The notes under the pieces are model-generated. The model ran no database searches, was not told the origin of the DNA, and saw only the letters and a program-made list of their open reading frames with translations. The position numbers and the translations under genes were made by a program. A stretch of 39,915 nucleotides of DNA from Candidatus Nomurabacteria bacterium. Its GTDB lineage: Bacteria > Patescibacteriota > Minisyncoccia > Phycocordibacterales > UBA9973. The stretch is taken from positions 1 through 39,915 of the forward strand of contig JACPXJ010000004.1 in the NCBI GenBank assembly GCA_016196605.1, written 5' to 3'. Below are positions 6,719 through 15,947 of the stretch, piece by piece (position 1 is the stretch's first letter; each line of letters starts with the position of its first letter).

Positions 6719-8161
6719 ATGCAAAAGAATTATTATCCAACAATAGGCCTCGAAATACATGCGGAATTAAAAACACAGACAAAAATGTTCTGCGCCTGCA
6801 AAAATGATCCTGATGAAGAAAAACCTAATGTAAATATTTGCCCGGTTTGCATGGCGCATCCGGGGGCGCTGCCAGTCATCAATAAGAAGGCGGTAGAAAA
6901 TGTAATAAAAGTCGGCCTTGCTGTCGACGGGAAAATTGCAGACTTCACCGAGTTTGACCGCAAGAACTATTTTTACCCCGACATTCCAAAAGGGTATCAG
7001 ATTTCACAATACAAGTTTCCGATAGTTTTTGGCGGACATCTGGCAGATTTTGATATTACCCGGGTGCATTTAGAGGAAGACACTGCGAACAACAAGCATG
7101 ACCGTGGGGATTTCTCTCTCATAGATTTCAACCGCGCAGGCGTGCCCTTGATGGAGCTTGTTACCGAGCCGCATACTTTTGATGGCGCGGACGAAGCCGG
7201 GAAAGGCGCTACCAAGTTTGCCAAAGAACTGCAGCTCATACTTTGGTATTTGGGTGTATCGGAAGCGAATATGGAAAAAGGCGAGATGCGTGTCGAGGCC
7301 AATATTTCTGTTTCGACAGATAAAAAAGTCCTTGGCACGAAGGTGGAGGTAAAAAATTTAAACTCATTCCGAAGCGTGGAGCGGGCGATAAAATACGAGA
7401 TTGATCGGATGACTGAACTTTTAGAGAAAGGAAAAGGAGCAGAAATAGCGCAGGAAACCCGAGGATGGGATGAATCAAAGCAGAAAACTTTTTCACAAAG
7501 AAAAAAAGAGGGGAGCGCAGATTACAGATATTTCCCGGATCCAGATTTGCCAAAATTGAAGCTGTATGAAGCATTTGATCTAAAAAAGATGAAAAAAGAA
7601 CTGCCAGAATTGCCGGAGGACAAACGATTGAGATATAAGAAGGATTATGGAATTAAAGATGAAGACACTGAGGTTTATATAAATAATCCAGTTTTAGGCA
7701 CATGGTTTGAATTAGTTATAAAAGAGTTGAAAGAAAAAAAAGAATTAATACAACTTGCTTCAAATTATATAAAAAATGATATAGCGGGATTAGTGAATAC
7801 GGTTTTAGTAGAAGGTACGACTAAATATCCAAATCCAAAAAACTTTGCGAAATTAGTGAATATGAATTTTAATAAAGAAATTAATTCTGCAGTCGCTAAA
7901 AAATTATTAGGAAATCTTGTAACTTTTGATGAAAATGTAGAAAATTTAGCAAAAGAAGAAGGATTATTGCAAATAAGTGATGAAAAAATCTTGAAACAAA
8001 TCGCAGAGAGGATTATCGATGCCAATCTGAAAGTCGTGGCGGATTACAAAGGCGGTAAGGAACAGGCACTCATGTCTTTGGTGGGGCAAATAATGAAAGA
8101 AACTAAAGGGTCCGCCAATCCCGCAGTTACTAAGCAAATTTTAATCGATCTGCTAAAATAA
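6719..8161 (+). CDS. gatB: Asp-tRNA(Asn)/Glu-tRNA(Gln) amidotransferase subunit B
   Basis: YYPTIGLEIHAELKTQTKMFC, NICPVCMAHPGALPV, RVHLEEDTA, EVKNLNSFRSV, and a C-terminal YqeY-like tail. Confidence 0.95.
   Translation: MQKNYYPTIGLEIHAELKTQTKMFCACKNDPDEEKPNVNICPVCMAHPGALPVINKKAVENVIKVGLAVDGKIADFTEFDRKNYFYPDIPKGYQISQYKFPIVFGGHLADFDITRVHLEEDTANNKHDRGDFSLIDFNRAGVPLMELVTEPHTFDGADEAGKGATKFAKELQLILWYLGVSEANMEKGEMRVEANISVSTDKKVLGTKVEVKNLNSFRSVERAIKYEIDRMTELLEKGKGAEIAQETRGWDESKQKTFSQRKKEGSADYRYFPDPDLPKLKLYEAFDLKKMKKELPELPEDKRLRYKKDYGIKDEDTEVYINNPVLGTWFELVIKELKEKKELIQLASNYIKNDIAGLVNTVLVEGTTKYPNPKNFAKLVNMNFNKEINSAVAKKLLGNLVTFDENVENLAKEEGLLQISDEKILKQIAERIIDANLKVVADYKGGKEQALMSLVGQIMKETKGSANPAVTKQILIDLLK
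8151..8159 (+). promoter_or_regulatory. Extended -10 box TGcTAAAAT embedded in the gatB 3' end, 6 nt upstream of the aldolase ATG
   Basis: TGCTAAAAT at 8151-8159, ATG at 8166. Confidence 0.4.
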
Positions 8162-8165
8162 TAGT

Positions 8166-9206
8166 ATGAACGAGAAAATTTTAACAGATACGGTGGCGCG
8201 GCTGGTGACACCGCCCAAAGGAATTCTCGCCATAGATGAAGGCACGAAGACGTGCGCCGGGCGTTTTGAAAAACTCGGAGTTCCGAATACAGAAGAAAAG
8301 CGTCGAGAGTACCGCGAACTTCTCATTACTGCGCCGGGAATCGAGCAATTCATTTCTGGATATATTCTTTTTGACGAAACCATTCGCCAGAAGGCAAAAA
8401 ATGGAGTTACTTTTACTTCTATTTTACAGTCGAAAGGGATAGAGATAGGGATAAAAGTTGACGCTGGTCCGCTGGATTTTACCGATCACCCAGGTGAAAA
8501 AGTGACCAGCGGTCTGGAGGGGCTCTCGGAGAGGTTGAAGGAATACAAAAAACTCGGCGCTACTTTCGCTAAATGGCGTGCAGTCTATACTATAGGTGAA
8601 GCCGTTCCCACTGCAGCTTGTATGAAAAAAAATGCAGAAATTTTTGTAAAGTATGTGGAACTTTGCCAAGAAGAGGGTATCGTGCCGATTGTCGAGCCGG
8701 AAATTTTAATGGATGGGGATCATTCTTTAGAAAAGTGTTATGAGGTTACCTCCGTAAATTTGCAGGTGGTTTTTGATGCTCTCAAGGCGGCCAAAGTTTT
8801 CTTGCCCGGATTAATTTTGAAAACTAACATGATCCTTCCCGGAAAAGATTCAAAAGTGGCAGTATTCAACAGGGAAATTGCCCAAAGCACTGTTAGATGC
8901 CTCAAGGAAAAAGTGCCAGCCGAGATAGGCGGAATTGTTTTTCTTTCTGGCGGACAAAAAGATGAAGATGCTGTAATAAATTTGGATTTAATGCATCAAT
9001 CCTTGATTGGCCCTCTTCCTTGGCCTCTCTCATTTTCATACAGTAGGGCTATTCAAAATCCTGTGCTTCGAACGTGGGGTCAAAATCCCGGCCAAGTAAC
9101 CAGAGCCCAAATGCTTTTAGTCGCGGCGGCACGAAATTGCAGTCTCGCGTCAGTGGGAAAATATCAGCATGAAGATTTTAAGAAATTAAGCCGGCATCCG
9201 CAATAA
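8166..9206 (+). CDS. fba: Fructose-bisphosphate aldolase, class I
   Basis: GILAIDEGTKTCAGRFEKLGV, IVEPEILMDGDH, LILKTNMILPG (Schiff-base Lys region), VFLSGGQ. Confidence 0.9.
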   Translation: MNEKILTDTVARLVTPPKGILAIDEGTKTCAGRFEKLGVPNTEEKRREYRELLITAPGIEQFISGYILFDETIRQKAKNGVTFTSILQSKGIEIGIKVDAGPLDFTDHPGEKVTSGLEGLSERLKEYKKLGATFAKWRAVYTIGEAVPTAACMKKNAEIFVKYVELCQEEGIVPIVEPEILMDGDHSLEKCYEVTSVNLQVVFDALKAAKVFLPGLILKTNMILPGKDSKVAVFNREIAQSTVRCLKEKVPAEIGGIVFLSGGQKDEDAVINLDLMHQSLIGPLPWPLSFSYSRAIQNPVLRTWGQNPGQVTRAQMLLVAAARNCSLASVGKYQHEDFKKLSRHPQ

Positions 9207-9211
9207 ACTGA

Positions 9212-10864
9212 ATGAAAGAAGAAATAAAAAAATTTTTCAGAGGGGACGCTGAGGATAGTGAAGAAACACTTTTAAAATATTCGCATGATGCGAGCATTTT
9301 TGATATTCGTCCAAAAATAGTTCTGTTTCCGAAAGATGCGGAGGACGTAAAGAATTTAGTGAAGTGGGTAAGTGAAAATCAGCAAAAATATCCCGGACTT
9401 TCGATCACCGCAAGATGCGCCGGCACGGATATGTCCGGCGGCGCGGTCGGTGAATCTATAATTTTGGATTTTACCCGGCATATGAATAAATTGATAAGGT
9501 GGAATGAATCCTTGAATTTTTCACAGGTTCATTCCATAACCGTTCAGCCCGGGATGTTTTATCGGGACTTTGAAAAAATTACTCTATCCAAGGGTATGAT
9601 TCTCCCTTGTTTTACCGCTTCAAAAACTATCAATGCCATGGGCGGAATGTTCGGCAATAATTCAGCCGGGGAACGAACTTTAAGGTATGGCAAGACTGAA
9701 GACTATATCTTAGAAACTAAAGTTGTTTTTGCCGATGGAATTGAGAGAGCTGTAAAACCGATACCGGTTTCGGAAATTTCCAGGCAGGAAGGAGTCTACA
9801 CTAAAATTTACGGCTTGTTTAAAAATAACGAAAAAGAAATAAAAGAAGCTAAACCCGATGTGCATAAAAATTCCGCCGGCTACTACATTTGGAATGTTTT
9901 AAAAGATGATGTTTTTGATTTGAATAAGCTGCTGGTAGGTTCGCAGGGGACACTCGGCATAGCGACAGAGATTACTTTCCGACTGGTGCCCGAACCGAAA
10001 TATTCCCGCCTTCTTGTCGTCTTTCTCCGGGACATGAGCTTGCTTCCCCTTTTGGTTAACAAAATCCTCAAATATAATCCTCAGACCCTCGAGTCCTATG
10101 ACGATAAGACTTTTCTTTTGGTGGTGAAATACATAAGGGGATTCGCCCAGTTGCTTGGTCTCAAAAATTTCATGAAGCTTATTTTTAGTTTTCTGCCGGA
10201 AGCGGTGATGACTTTCCGGAATGGTTTCCCAAAGCTGGCCCTTTTAGTTGAATTTACAGGGGAGACACAGAAAGAAGCGAATGAAGAGGCGGAAAAGGCG
10301 CTTCAGGAGCTCACGACTGTTAAAAAAATTGGCTTGCGACTAACAAGGGACGCGCTTGAAGCAAAAAAATACTGGACTATACGCCATGAGGCATTCAACT
10401 TAATTCGTTACCATTTGAAAAAGTTCAAATCCAAACCTTTTGTCGATGATGTGATTGTCCGGCCGGAAAGACTGCCGGAATTTTTTCCAGCGCTTTATAA
10501 AATTTTGAATGAGTATAAAAAAGAGATGGCTTTTGCGGTAGGCGGACATGCTGGTGACGGCAATCTGCATATCTATACTCTGGTAGATCCCAAGGACCCA
10601 AACGTGAAAAAGATGATCATTGAAGTTTCCAATAAAGTTTATGATCTTGTAGTTCGACTTGGCGGCTCGATAACGGCGGAACACAATGACGGGCTTATTC
10701 GCACGCCTTATTTACACAAGATGTATAGTGAAAAAATGTTAGAAATTTTTGCGGAAATCAAGCGAATTTTCGACCCTAAACATATTCTTAATCCTGGTAA
10801 AAAAGTTCCAGTCGTGGGCGGAGCGGGAACTGAAGAATATATCGTTAAGCATATTGCTTTTTAA
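9212..10864 (+). CDS. FAD-binding oxidoreductase (GlcD / FAD-linked oxidase family)
   Basis: FAD_binding_4-like N-terminus (PKDAEDVKNLVKW..ITARCAGTDMSGGAV), and a C-terminal FAD-oxidase domain (GGHAGDGNLH.., GGSITAEHNDGL, DPKHILNPGK). Confidence 0.85.
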   Translation: MKEEIKKFFRGDAEDSEETLLKYSHDASIFDIRPKIVLFPKDAEDVKNLVKWVSENQQKYPGLSITARCAGTDMSGGAVGESIILDFTRHMNKLIRWNESLNFSQVHSITVQPGMFYRDFEKITLSKGMILPCFTASKTINAMGGMFGNNSAGERTLRYGKTEDYILETKVVFADGIERAVKPIPVSEISRQEGVYTKIYGLFKNNEKEIKEAKPDVHKNSAGYYIWNVLKDDVFDLNKLLVGSQGTLGIATEITFRLVPEPKYSRLLVVFLRDMSLLPLLVNKILKYNPQTLESYDDKTFLLVVKYIRGFAQLLGLKNFMKLIFSFLPEAVMTFRNGFPKLALLVEFTGETQKEANEEAEKALQELTTVKKIGLRLTRDALEAKKYWTIRHEAFNLIRYHLKKFKSKPFVDDVIVRPERLPEFFPALYKILNEYKKEMAFAVGGHAGDGNLHIYTLVDPKDPNVKKMIIEVSNKVYDLVVRLGGSITAEHNDGLIRTPYLHKMYSEKMLEIFAEIKRIFDPKHILNPGKKVPVVGGAGTEEYIVKHIAF

Positions 10865-10875
10865 TTCTTTTTCTG

Positions 10876-10881
10876 TATACT
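10876..10881 (+). promoter_or_regulatory. -10 box TATACT, 6 nt upstream of the rplY ATG
   Basis: TATACT at 10876-10881, ATG at 10888. Confidence 0.4.
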
Positions 10882-10887
10882 GTTTTC

Positions 10888-11586
10888 ATGTTTGTAATTG
10901 AAGCAACACCTCGAGAAAAGGGCGTTAAGATAGAAGTCCTTAGAAAGTCCGGCAAGATTCCTGCAGTTTTTTATGGCGCGGGCAAACAATCTACTTCAAT
11001 AGCTATTCCTAGTCCTCTTTTCAAAAAGGTCTGGCGAGAGGCGGGAGAATCTTCTACTGTAAAAATTGGCATGCCCAAGGGAGGAGATATCGATGTGCTT
11101 ATCCACGAAGTTCAGGTAGATCCGGTAACCGATGAGCCGATACATGTGGATTTTCTTGCGATAGACATGAGGAAAAAAATCAAAGTTAAAGTACCGCTAG
11201 TTTTCGAAGGCATATCAAATGCGGTGAAGAGCGGCATAGGAAACCTAGTGAAGGTGCTTCACGAAATCGAAATCGAGGCGCTGCCAGCTGATTTGCCTCA
11301 CAATCTTCCTGTGGATATTTCAAAACTCGAAACACTGGATAATAATATTGTCGTTTCCGATATTAAATTGCCGGCCGGCGTAGCAGCTGTTACGTCTCCG
11401 ACTGATGTGGTGGCTTCTGTGGTTGCTCAGGTGGAAGAAAAAGAAGAAGTGGTAGTGGTTCCAGACTTGACTGCTATTGAAGTCGAGAAGAAGGGCAAGA
11501 AAGAAGAAGAGGGAGCACCAGGAGCCGAGGGTGCAGCCGCTCCAGCACCGGCCAAGGAGGAAAAGGCAGAGAAAGAGAAAAAGTAA
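10888..11586 (+). CDS. rplY: 50S ribosomal protein L25 / general stress protein Ctc
   Basis: REKGVKIEVLRKSGKIPAVFYG, HEVQVDPVTDEPIHVDF, and an acidic/Lys-rich tail. Confidence 0.9.
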   Translation: MFVIEATPREKGVKIEVLRKSGKIPAVFYGAGKQSTSIAIPSPLFKKVWREAGESSTVKIGMPKGGDIDVLIHEVQVDPVTDEPIHVDFLAIDMRKKIKVKVPLVFEGISNAVKSGIGNLVKVLHEIEIEALPADLPHNLPVDISKLETLDNNIVVSDIKLPAGVAAVTSPTDVVASVVAQVEEKEEVVVVPDLTAIEVEKKGKKEEEGAPGAEGAAAPAPAKEEKAEKEKK

Positions 11587-11610
11587 TCAACTCCAGATTT
11601 ACTCAGTTTG

Positions 11611-11619
11611 TGCTAGAAT
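11611..11619 (+). promoter_or_regulatory. Extended -10 box TGcTAGAAT, 6 nt upstream of the ATG at 11626
   Basis: TGCTAGAAT at 11611-11619. Confidence 0.45.
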
Positions 11620-11625
11620 ATTGCT

Positions 11626-12978
11626 ATGGCAAAACAGGCGGTCATACTTTTTGTCGTTTTTATAGCTATTTTAGGCAGTTTTTTCTCGTTCAGAATTAAT
11701 GCCGCATTTGATTGTCTCTCTCTCACTACTTCTTCCAGCCAGGCAGATAAGGATTATTGCAGAAGCGAGCTTGCGGATATCGAAGCGGAGCTGGAGCGGC
11801 TTTTGAACCAGCAAAAAGAACAACAGAAACAAACTGGTACGCTGAAAGGTGATGTTGATTATTTGACGAGCCAAATAAATGCTCTTAAAGCCAAGATCAA
11901 AGCTCGCGCGCTAGTGATCGCGCAGCTGAAAGTAGATATAAAGGAAAAGACGAGCAAGATCGAATCGCTCCAGAAAAAGATAGAGCGTGAGCATGAATCT
12001 CTTGCCCAGCTTTTGCGCAATACCAGAGAGCGGGACGAAGATACATTAGTGCATTTGGTGCTCGGAGAAGAGAGTATTTCAGGTTTCTATAGTGATTTTG
12101 AGTCATATGCTTCCATTAAAGAGGCGGTGAATAAATCAGTAAATACTATCAGGGGCGTAAAGACGGAAACAGAGGTTGCAAAAAAAGATCTGGAGCTAAA
12201 GCAGGATGCGGAAACTGACGCTAAGGCGGAACTAGAAAGCGCGCAAAAGAAAGTAACCCAGTCGGAAACAGAAAAGAAACAGCTTTTGGCAATTTCCAAA
12301 GAAAAGGAGCAGGAATATAGAGAATTGGCGGCGCAGAAGAAGATAGAGGCCGATAGAATTAGAAGTGCCCTCTTCAGTTTGGCAGGTATATCGCAAAAAA
12401 TTGATTTCGGTACCGCGCTCGAATATGCAAATTCTGTAAATAAAGAGCTCGGAGTTGATCAGGCGTTTTTACTCGCCATTCTTACGCAGGAATCCAATCT
12501 CGGGGCAAATGTTGGCCAATGTTACCTCGTAAACCCTGATACGGGTGCTGGCGTAGGTAAAAATACAGGAACGCCATTTGCAAATGTCATGAAACCGACC
12601 CGAGATGTCGTGCCATTCCTTGAAATAACTAACGCGCTTGGCTTTAACGGCTTTCAAACTGCTGTATCTTGCCCAATTGCGAGCGCAGGAGGATACGGTG
12701 GAGCCATGGGTCCGGCCCAATTCATTCCTTCAACTTGGAAAATATTCGAAAGCCGCTTAAAAAATATTCTGGGGCATACAGCCAATCCTTGGTCCCCGCG
12801 AGACGCCTTTATGGCTTCCGGAATGTATCTGGCTGATTTGGGGGCAATAGGCAATAGCGCAAGTTCCCAATTGAGAGCCGCTTGTAAATATTACGGTACA
12901 GGGGGGTCTACATGTTCTTATGGACGCAGCGTGATGAAAATTAAAGCAAAGATTCAGAGCGATATTGATCTTTTATAG
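11626..12978 (+). CDS. Secreted/membrane-anchored coiled-coil protein with a C-terminal lytic transglycosylase-like domain
   Basis: N-terminal hydrophobic anchor, ~230 aa of coiled coil, then AILTQESNLG (catalytic Glu context) and GAMGPAQFIPSTW, reminiscent of MltB/Slt-type transglycosylases. Confidence 0.65.
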   Translation: MAKQAVILFVVFIAILGSFFSFRINAAFDCLSLTTSSSQADKDYCRSELADIEAELERLLNQQKEQQKQTGTLKGDVDYLTSQINALKAKIKARALVIAQLKVDIKEKTSKIESLQKKIEREHESLAQLLRNTRERDEDTLVHLVLGEESISGFYSDFESYASIKEAVNKSVNTIRGVKTETEVAKKDLELKQDAETDAKAELESAQKKVTQSETEKKQLLAISKEKEQEYRELAAQKKIEADRIRSALFSLAGISQKIDFGTALEYANSVNKELGVDQAFLLAILTQESNLGANVGQCYLVNPDTGAGVGKNTGTPFANVMKPTRDVVPFLEITNALGFNGFQTAVSCPIASAGGYGGAMGPAQFIPSTWKIFESRLKNILGHTANPWSPRDAFMASGMYLADLGAIGNSASSQLRAACKYYGTGGSTCSYGRSVMKIKAKIQSDIDLL

Positions 12979-13010
12979 CAATTTAATCAGAATTGCCTAA
13001 AGTTAAAAAC

Positions 13011-13019
13011 TGTGATATT
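13011..13019 (+). promoter_or_regulatory. Extended -10-like TGtGATATT, 8 nt upstream of the rpmE ATG
   Basis: TGTGATATT at 13011-13019, ATG at 13028. Confidence 0.35.
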
Positions 13020-13027
13020 GTCAAGCC

Positions 13028-13246
13028 ATGAAGAAAGATATACACCCAAAATATGATTTAAAAACAAAAGCAACCTGCGCCTGCGGAGCTGTTTATGAAG
13101 TTGGCTCAACTATGCCGGAAATTACGATGGAAATCTGCAGCCAATGCCATCCTTTCTATACTGGCAATGAAAAAATAATGGATACGGCCGGACGTGTGGA
13201 CCGTTTCAACAAGCGTCGCGCTGCGACAGCTAAAGTCAAGAAGTAA
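13028..13246 (+). CDS. rpmE: 50S ribosomal protein L31 (Zn-binding type)
   Basis: MKKDIHPKY.., [24 protein letters not shown]. Confidence 0.95.
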   Translation: MKKDIHPKYDLKTKATCACGAVYEVGSTMPEITMEICSQCHPFYTGNEKIMDTAGRVDRFNKRRAATAKVKK

Positions 13247-14209
13247 ATGAATTTAGATGAAATAAAAAAGGATCATAGAACTAGCTATTTAGCAGTTGCT
13301 TTAGAAAAGCTTGTTCGCGAGGAGAGAGAAGTACGAGAGATGCTCGCGAGTGATGATACTCTTCATGAAATGGCGGCCAAAGAGCTTAAATTTATTCAGG
13401 AGGAAAGAGAGAGGATAGAGAAGCAAGTAGTGGATATTTTAGATAAGGAAAAGGTGGAGGCAGAGATCACCAATGAGATAGTTATTGAAGTGCGCGCTGG
13501 CGCTGGCGGGGACGAAGCATCGCTTTTTGCCTGGGAACTCGCGCACATGTATGAGAAATATTCCGAATCACAAGGATGGAGCTGGAAAGTAAACTATGAA
13601 TCTAAAAGCGACCTCTCTGGCTACAAGGAAGCTTCGTTTGAAGTAAAAGGCAAGGGTGTTTATGACAAAATGAAATACGAGACAGGCGTGCACCGAGTGC
13701 AGAGAATGCCAGCCACTGAAAAGAACGGAAGAATACATACCTCTACCGCATCTGTCGCAGTATTACCAATTAGAAAAAAAGTTACTTTCAAAATTGACCC
13801 TTCGGAATTTGAAATGGAATACTCTCGTTCCGGCGGCAAGGGCGGACAGAACGTGAACAAAGTCGAAACAGCTGTCCGTATCATTCACAAGCCCACTGGC
13901 CTTGATGTGCGTTCTACAAATGAACGTAGCCAGCTCGCCAACCGCGAAAAGGCCATGGCAATTCTGACTGCCAAATTACAGCAGCTCGAAGAAGAAAGAG
14001 AAGCCAAAAAATATGCCGGAGAAAGAAAGGAACAGATAGGCACCGCAGACCGGTCAGAAAAAATCCGTACTTACAATTTTCCACAGGACCGCGTAACAGA
14101 CCATCGCATCAAAAAATCCTGGCATAATCTGCCCAAAATAATGGAGGGGGACATCGAAGACATAATTCATGATATTCAGACTGGCGCGGTTGGGGATGAA
14201 ACTGAATAA
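13247..14209 (+). CDS. prfA: Peptide chain release factor 1
   Basis: PAT tripeptide (RMPATEKNGRIHTS) and GGQ motif (SGGKGGQNVNKVETAVRI). The ATG directly follows the rpmE stop. Confidence 0.9.
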   Translation: MNLDEIKKDHRTSYLAVALEKLVREEREVREMLASDDTLHEMAAKELKFIQEERERIEKQVVDILDKEKVEAEITNEIVIEVRAGAGGDEASLFAWELAHMYEKYSESQGWSWKVNYESKSDLSGYKEASFEVKGKGVYDKMKYETGVHRVQRMPATEKNGRIHTSTASVAVLPIRKKVTFKIDPSEFEMEYSRSGGKGGQNVNKVETAVRIIHKPTGLDVRSTNERSQLANREKAMAILTAKLQQLEEEREAKKYAGERKEQIGTADRSEKIRTYNFPQDRVTDHRIKKSWHNLPKIMEGDIEDIIHDIQTGAVGDETE

Positions 14210-14240
14210 AACGTGTCGACCTGCCAGGTCAACACGTTTG
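14208..14240 (+). terminator. Hairpin after prfA (A-run / stem / T-run)
   Basis: AAACGTGTCGACC-TGCCA-GGTCAACACGTTT, 13 bp with one mismatch. Confidence 0.5.
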
Positions 14241-14275
14241 TGTAAAACCCTTATATTTATTGATTTTACGAGCTA

Positions 14276-14303
14276 TTGACTTTATTATAAAATGTGCTAT
14301 ACT
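14276..14303 (+). promoter_or_regulatory. Sigma70-like promoter TTGACT-16 nt-TGcTATACT
   Basis: -35 TTGACT at 14276-14281, extended -10 at 14295-14303. It is followed by a GAAA-tetraloop hairpin plus U-run at 14314-14338. Confidence 0.45.
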
Positions 14304-14426
14304 TAAGAGGTATAAGTCCGAAAGGGCTTTTTTGTTTGTCCATTGATAATTGAAGACTCGAGTTTCCAGGCAACCTGTGCTGGAAGCGGTTTTGATTTGG
14401 GTAAACTAAACTAGGAATTTTGTCCT

Positions 14427-14642
14427 ATGAAACGTCACTCGCTAGCTATCATGGCTGTGCTCATCGTAGCCGGAGCAATCTTGGTTAGTTATCGCATTCT
14501 CGTTCCGGCCCACAAGGCCGTGTTCGGGAACAGCCAGCCAGTAAAGGCTCAAAAAACAAATCAGACCAAAGTGATTGTTGCCCCAGCACGGTCTGGAGTC
14601 ATCAATCTCGAAGTCCACCTCAACCCAACGTTTGCACCATAA
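14427..14642 (+). CDS. Small hypothetical protein with an N-terminal TM anchor
   Basis: MKRHSLAIMAVLIVAGAILVSY.. It lies 10 nt upstream of the next ORF. There is no homology I recognise, and a GC-rich context inflates spurious ORFs. Confidence 0.35.
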   Translation: MKRHSLAIMAVLIVAGAILVSYRILVPAHKAVFGNSQPVKAQKTNQTKVIVAPARSGVINLEVHLNPTFAP

Positions 14643-14652
14643 ATTTTCGGTT

Positions 14653-15702
14653 ATGAAAAAAATACTCAGCCTCACTTGCGTCGCAATTGCGACGGCGCTT
14701 TGCGCCTTCGCCCAAACTCCAGTTACACCTCCAGGTTCACCACCGTCGGAACTTCCCGCCATCGTCAACAGTGGCACCTTGCGCGCCCGCGCATTCGAGC
14801 TCGCCGCCGAGGTTAACGCCTCGATGTGGGGGAGCGATTCATTGCTCCCAAGCGATACCACCTATGATCACCGGACATGGGTTGGGAAGAAAAACTCGCT
14901 GGAGATTCTGGATCAGGTCAAGCTACTCAAGCTTGCTGGCCAGACGGTGAGTTCCTCCGACGATATCAACATAGGCGGGTCCATCAATGCCAAGGACGGC
15001 GATCAGCTTTTCGCCGGAATGAACACGGTGAAGCCGGTGCAAGTCGGCGGCGTGTGGACGCTTCCGAGCACTGTCGGCAATATCGCCTTTGCTTTGTCGA
15101 GCGTTCCGTTCGATATGGGCAAGGAGGTTGCGGGTGTTGTTGGCGTTGGGAAAGACACCAACGGCAACCCAAGCACGGTCTGGATGGGATACGGCGGCAG
15201 AAAGATTTACGTCTCGCCACTCCTGTATACTTTGTCTAATCCAGTGGTGCGTGTGTCTTTCACTGATGGCAGTGTGTGGGATTACACAGCCGCGGACGGT
15301 GGAAAAGGCAAAAAGATAGTGGTGATTCCGCTTACGGTCAACATGTCCGGTTCGTTCAAGAACACGGTCACTCTCAAAGATCCGCCGAACGGCTTCGTAT
15401 CGGTTGTTTCGATCAAGACAACCAACAAAGTCGGGATCACTCCGACAATCGAGGTTATGTCTTCGTCGATGACGACAATAATAGTAAATTTTGATATCTC
15501 AACCACTGACGGTAAACGTCCAGTGAGGTTGTGGTATCGAAAAAGCACCGATTCTAACGAAAGTTGGGCACCGGCCGTGTACGATGTCGGGCAGACAATC
15601 AAGGGGCTGCCCATTAACTACGACGGCAAAGCTGGCACCACCTATGTCGTGCCGGAATTCAAAGTGGGGGATCTGACGGAACCCTCTCCTTACGGAAAGT
15701 AA
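14653..15702 (+). CDS. Secreted hypothetical protein (Sec signal peptide, beta-rich)
   Basis: An internal ATG at 14653 gives MKKILSLTCVAIATALCAFA/QTP.., a signal peptide. The long ORF has a strong GC3 bias. I recognise no family. Confidence 0.6.
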   Translation: MKKILSLTCVAIATALCAFAQTPVTPPGSPPSELPAIVNSGTLRARAFELAAEVNASMWGSDSLLPSDTTYDHRTWVGKKNSLEILDQVKLLKLAGQTVSSSDDINIGGSINAKDGDQLFAGMNTVKPVQVGGVWTLPSTVGNIAFALSSVPFDMGKEVAGVVGVGKDTNGNPSTVWMGYGGRKIYVSPLLYTLSNPVVRVSFTDGSVWDYTAADGGKGKKIVVIPLTVNMSGSFKNTVTLKDPPNGFVSVVSIKTTNKVGITPTIEVMSSSMTTIIVNFDISTTDGKRPVRLWYRKSTDSNESWAPAVYDVGQTIKGLPINYDGKAGTTYVVPEFKVGDLTEPSPYGK

Positions 15703-15758
15703 TTAAGACGGCGGCTAGGATAACCACTATCTGTCAAGAAAATTTAGCACATCAATCC

Positions 15759-15790
15759 AAAGCCCGGTTCGCGAAAGCGAACCGGGCTTT
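15759..15790 (+). terminator. Perfect hairpin AAAGCCCGGTTCGC-GAAA-GCGAACCGGGCTTT
   Basis: 14-bp perfect stem, GAAA loop, flanked by A/T runs. Confidence 0.7.
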
Positions 15791-15829
15791 AACTATTTTT
15801 AGCCAAATCTGCTGTTGGTTTTTCATACT

Positions 15830-15857
15830 TTGCTTTTTATTTTTGCCATGTTATACT
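15830..15857 (+). promoter_or_regulatory. Promoter TTGCTT-16 nt-TGtTATACT for the RRM gene (about 85-nt 5' UTR)
   Basis: -35 at 15830-15835, extended -10 at 15849-15857. The ATG at 15948 is preceded by the purine-rich GGGAAGAAG. Confidence 0.4.
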
Positions 15858-15947
15858 TTTTCGGTAGTTTCTCACTTAGCGAAAAGAGGTTCTACGTTTA
15901 TAAATAGTTTTTTGTCTCTTTTATTAAAAAGGGAAGAAGTAAAGAAA

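Noticed and set aside
11460-11586. The repetitive Glu/Lys/Ala/Pro-rich 3' region of rplY as a repeat element.
   Set aside because: It is a low-complexity charged tail typical of L25/Ctc C-termini, with no inverted-repeat structure.
14442-15614. A cluster of overlapping ORFs on both strands in the GC-rich stretch (14442-14861(-), 14687-14950, 14877-15239, 14984-15220(-), 15089-15319, 15276-15494, 15282-15614(-)).
   Set aside because: Locally high GC suppresses stop codons. The translations are Arg/Pro/Ser-rich junk, and only the 14653-15702 frame has a signal peptide and balanced composition.
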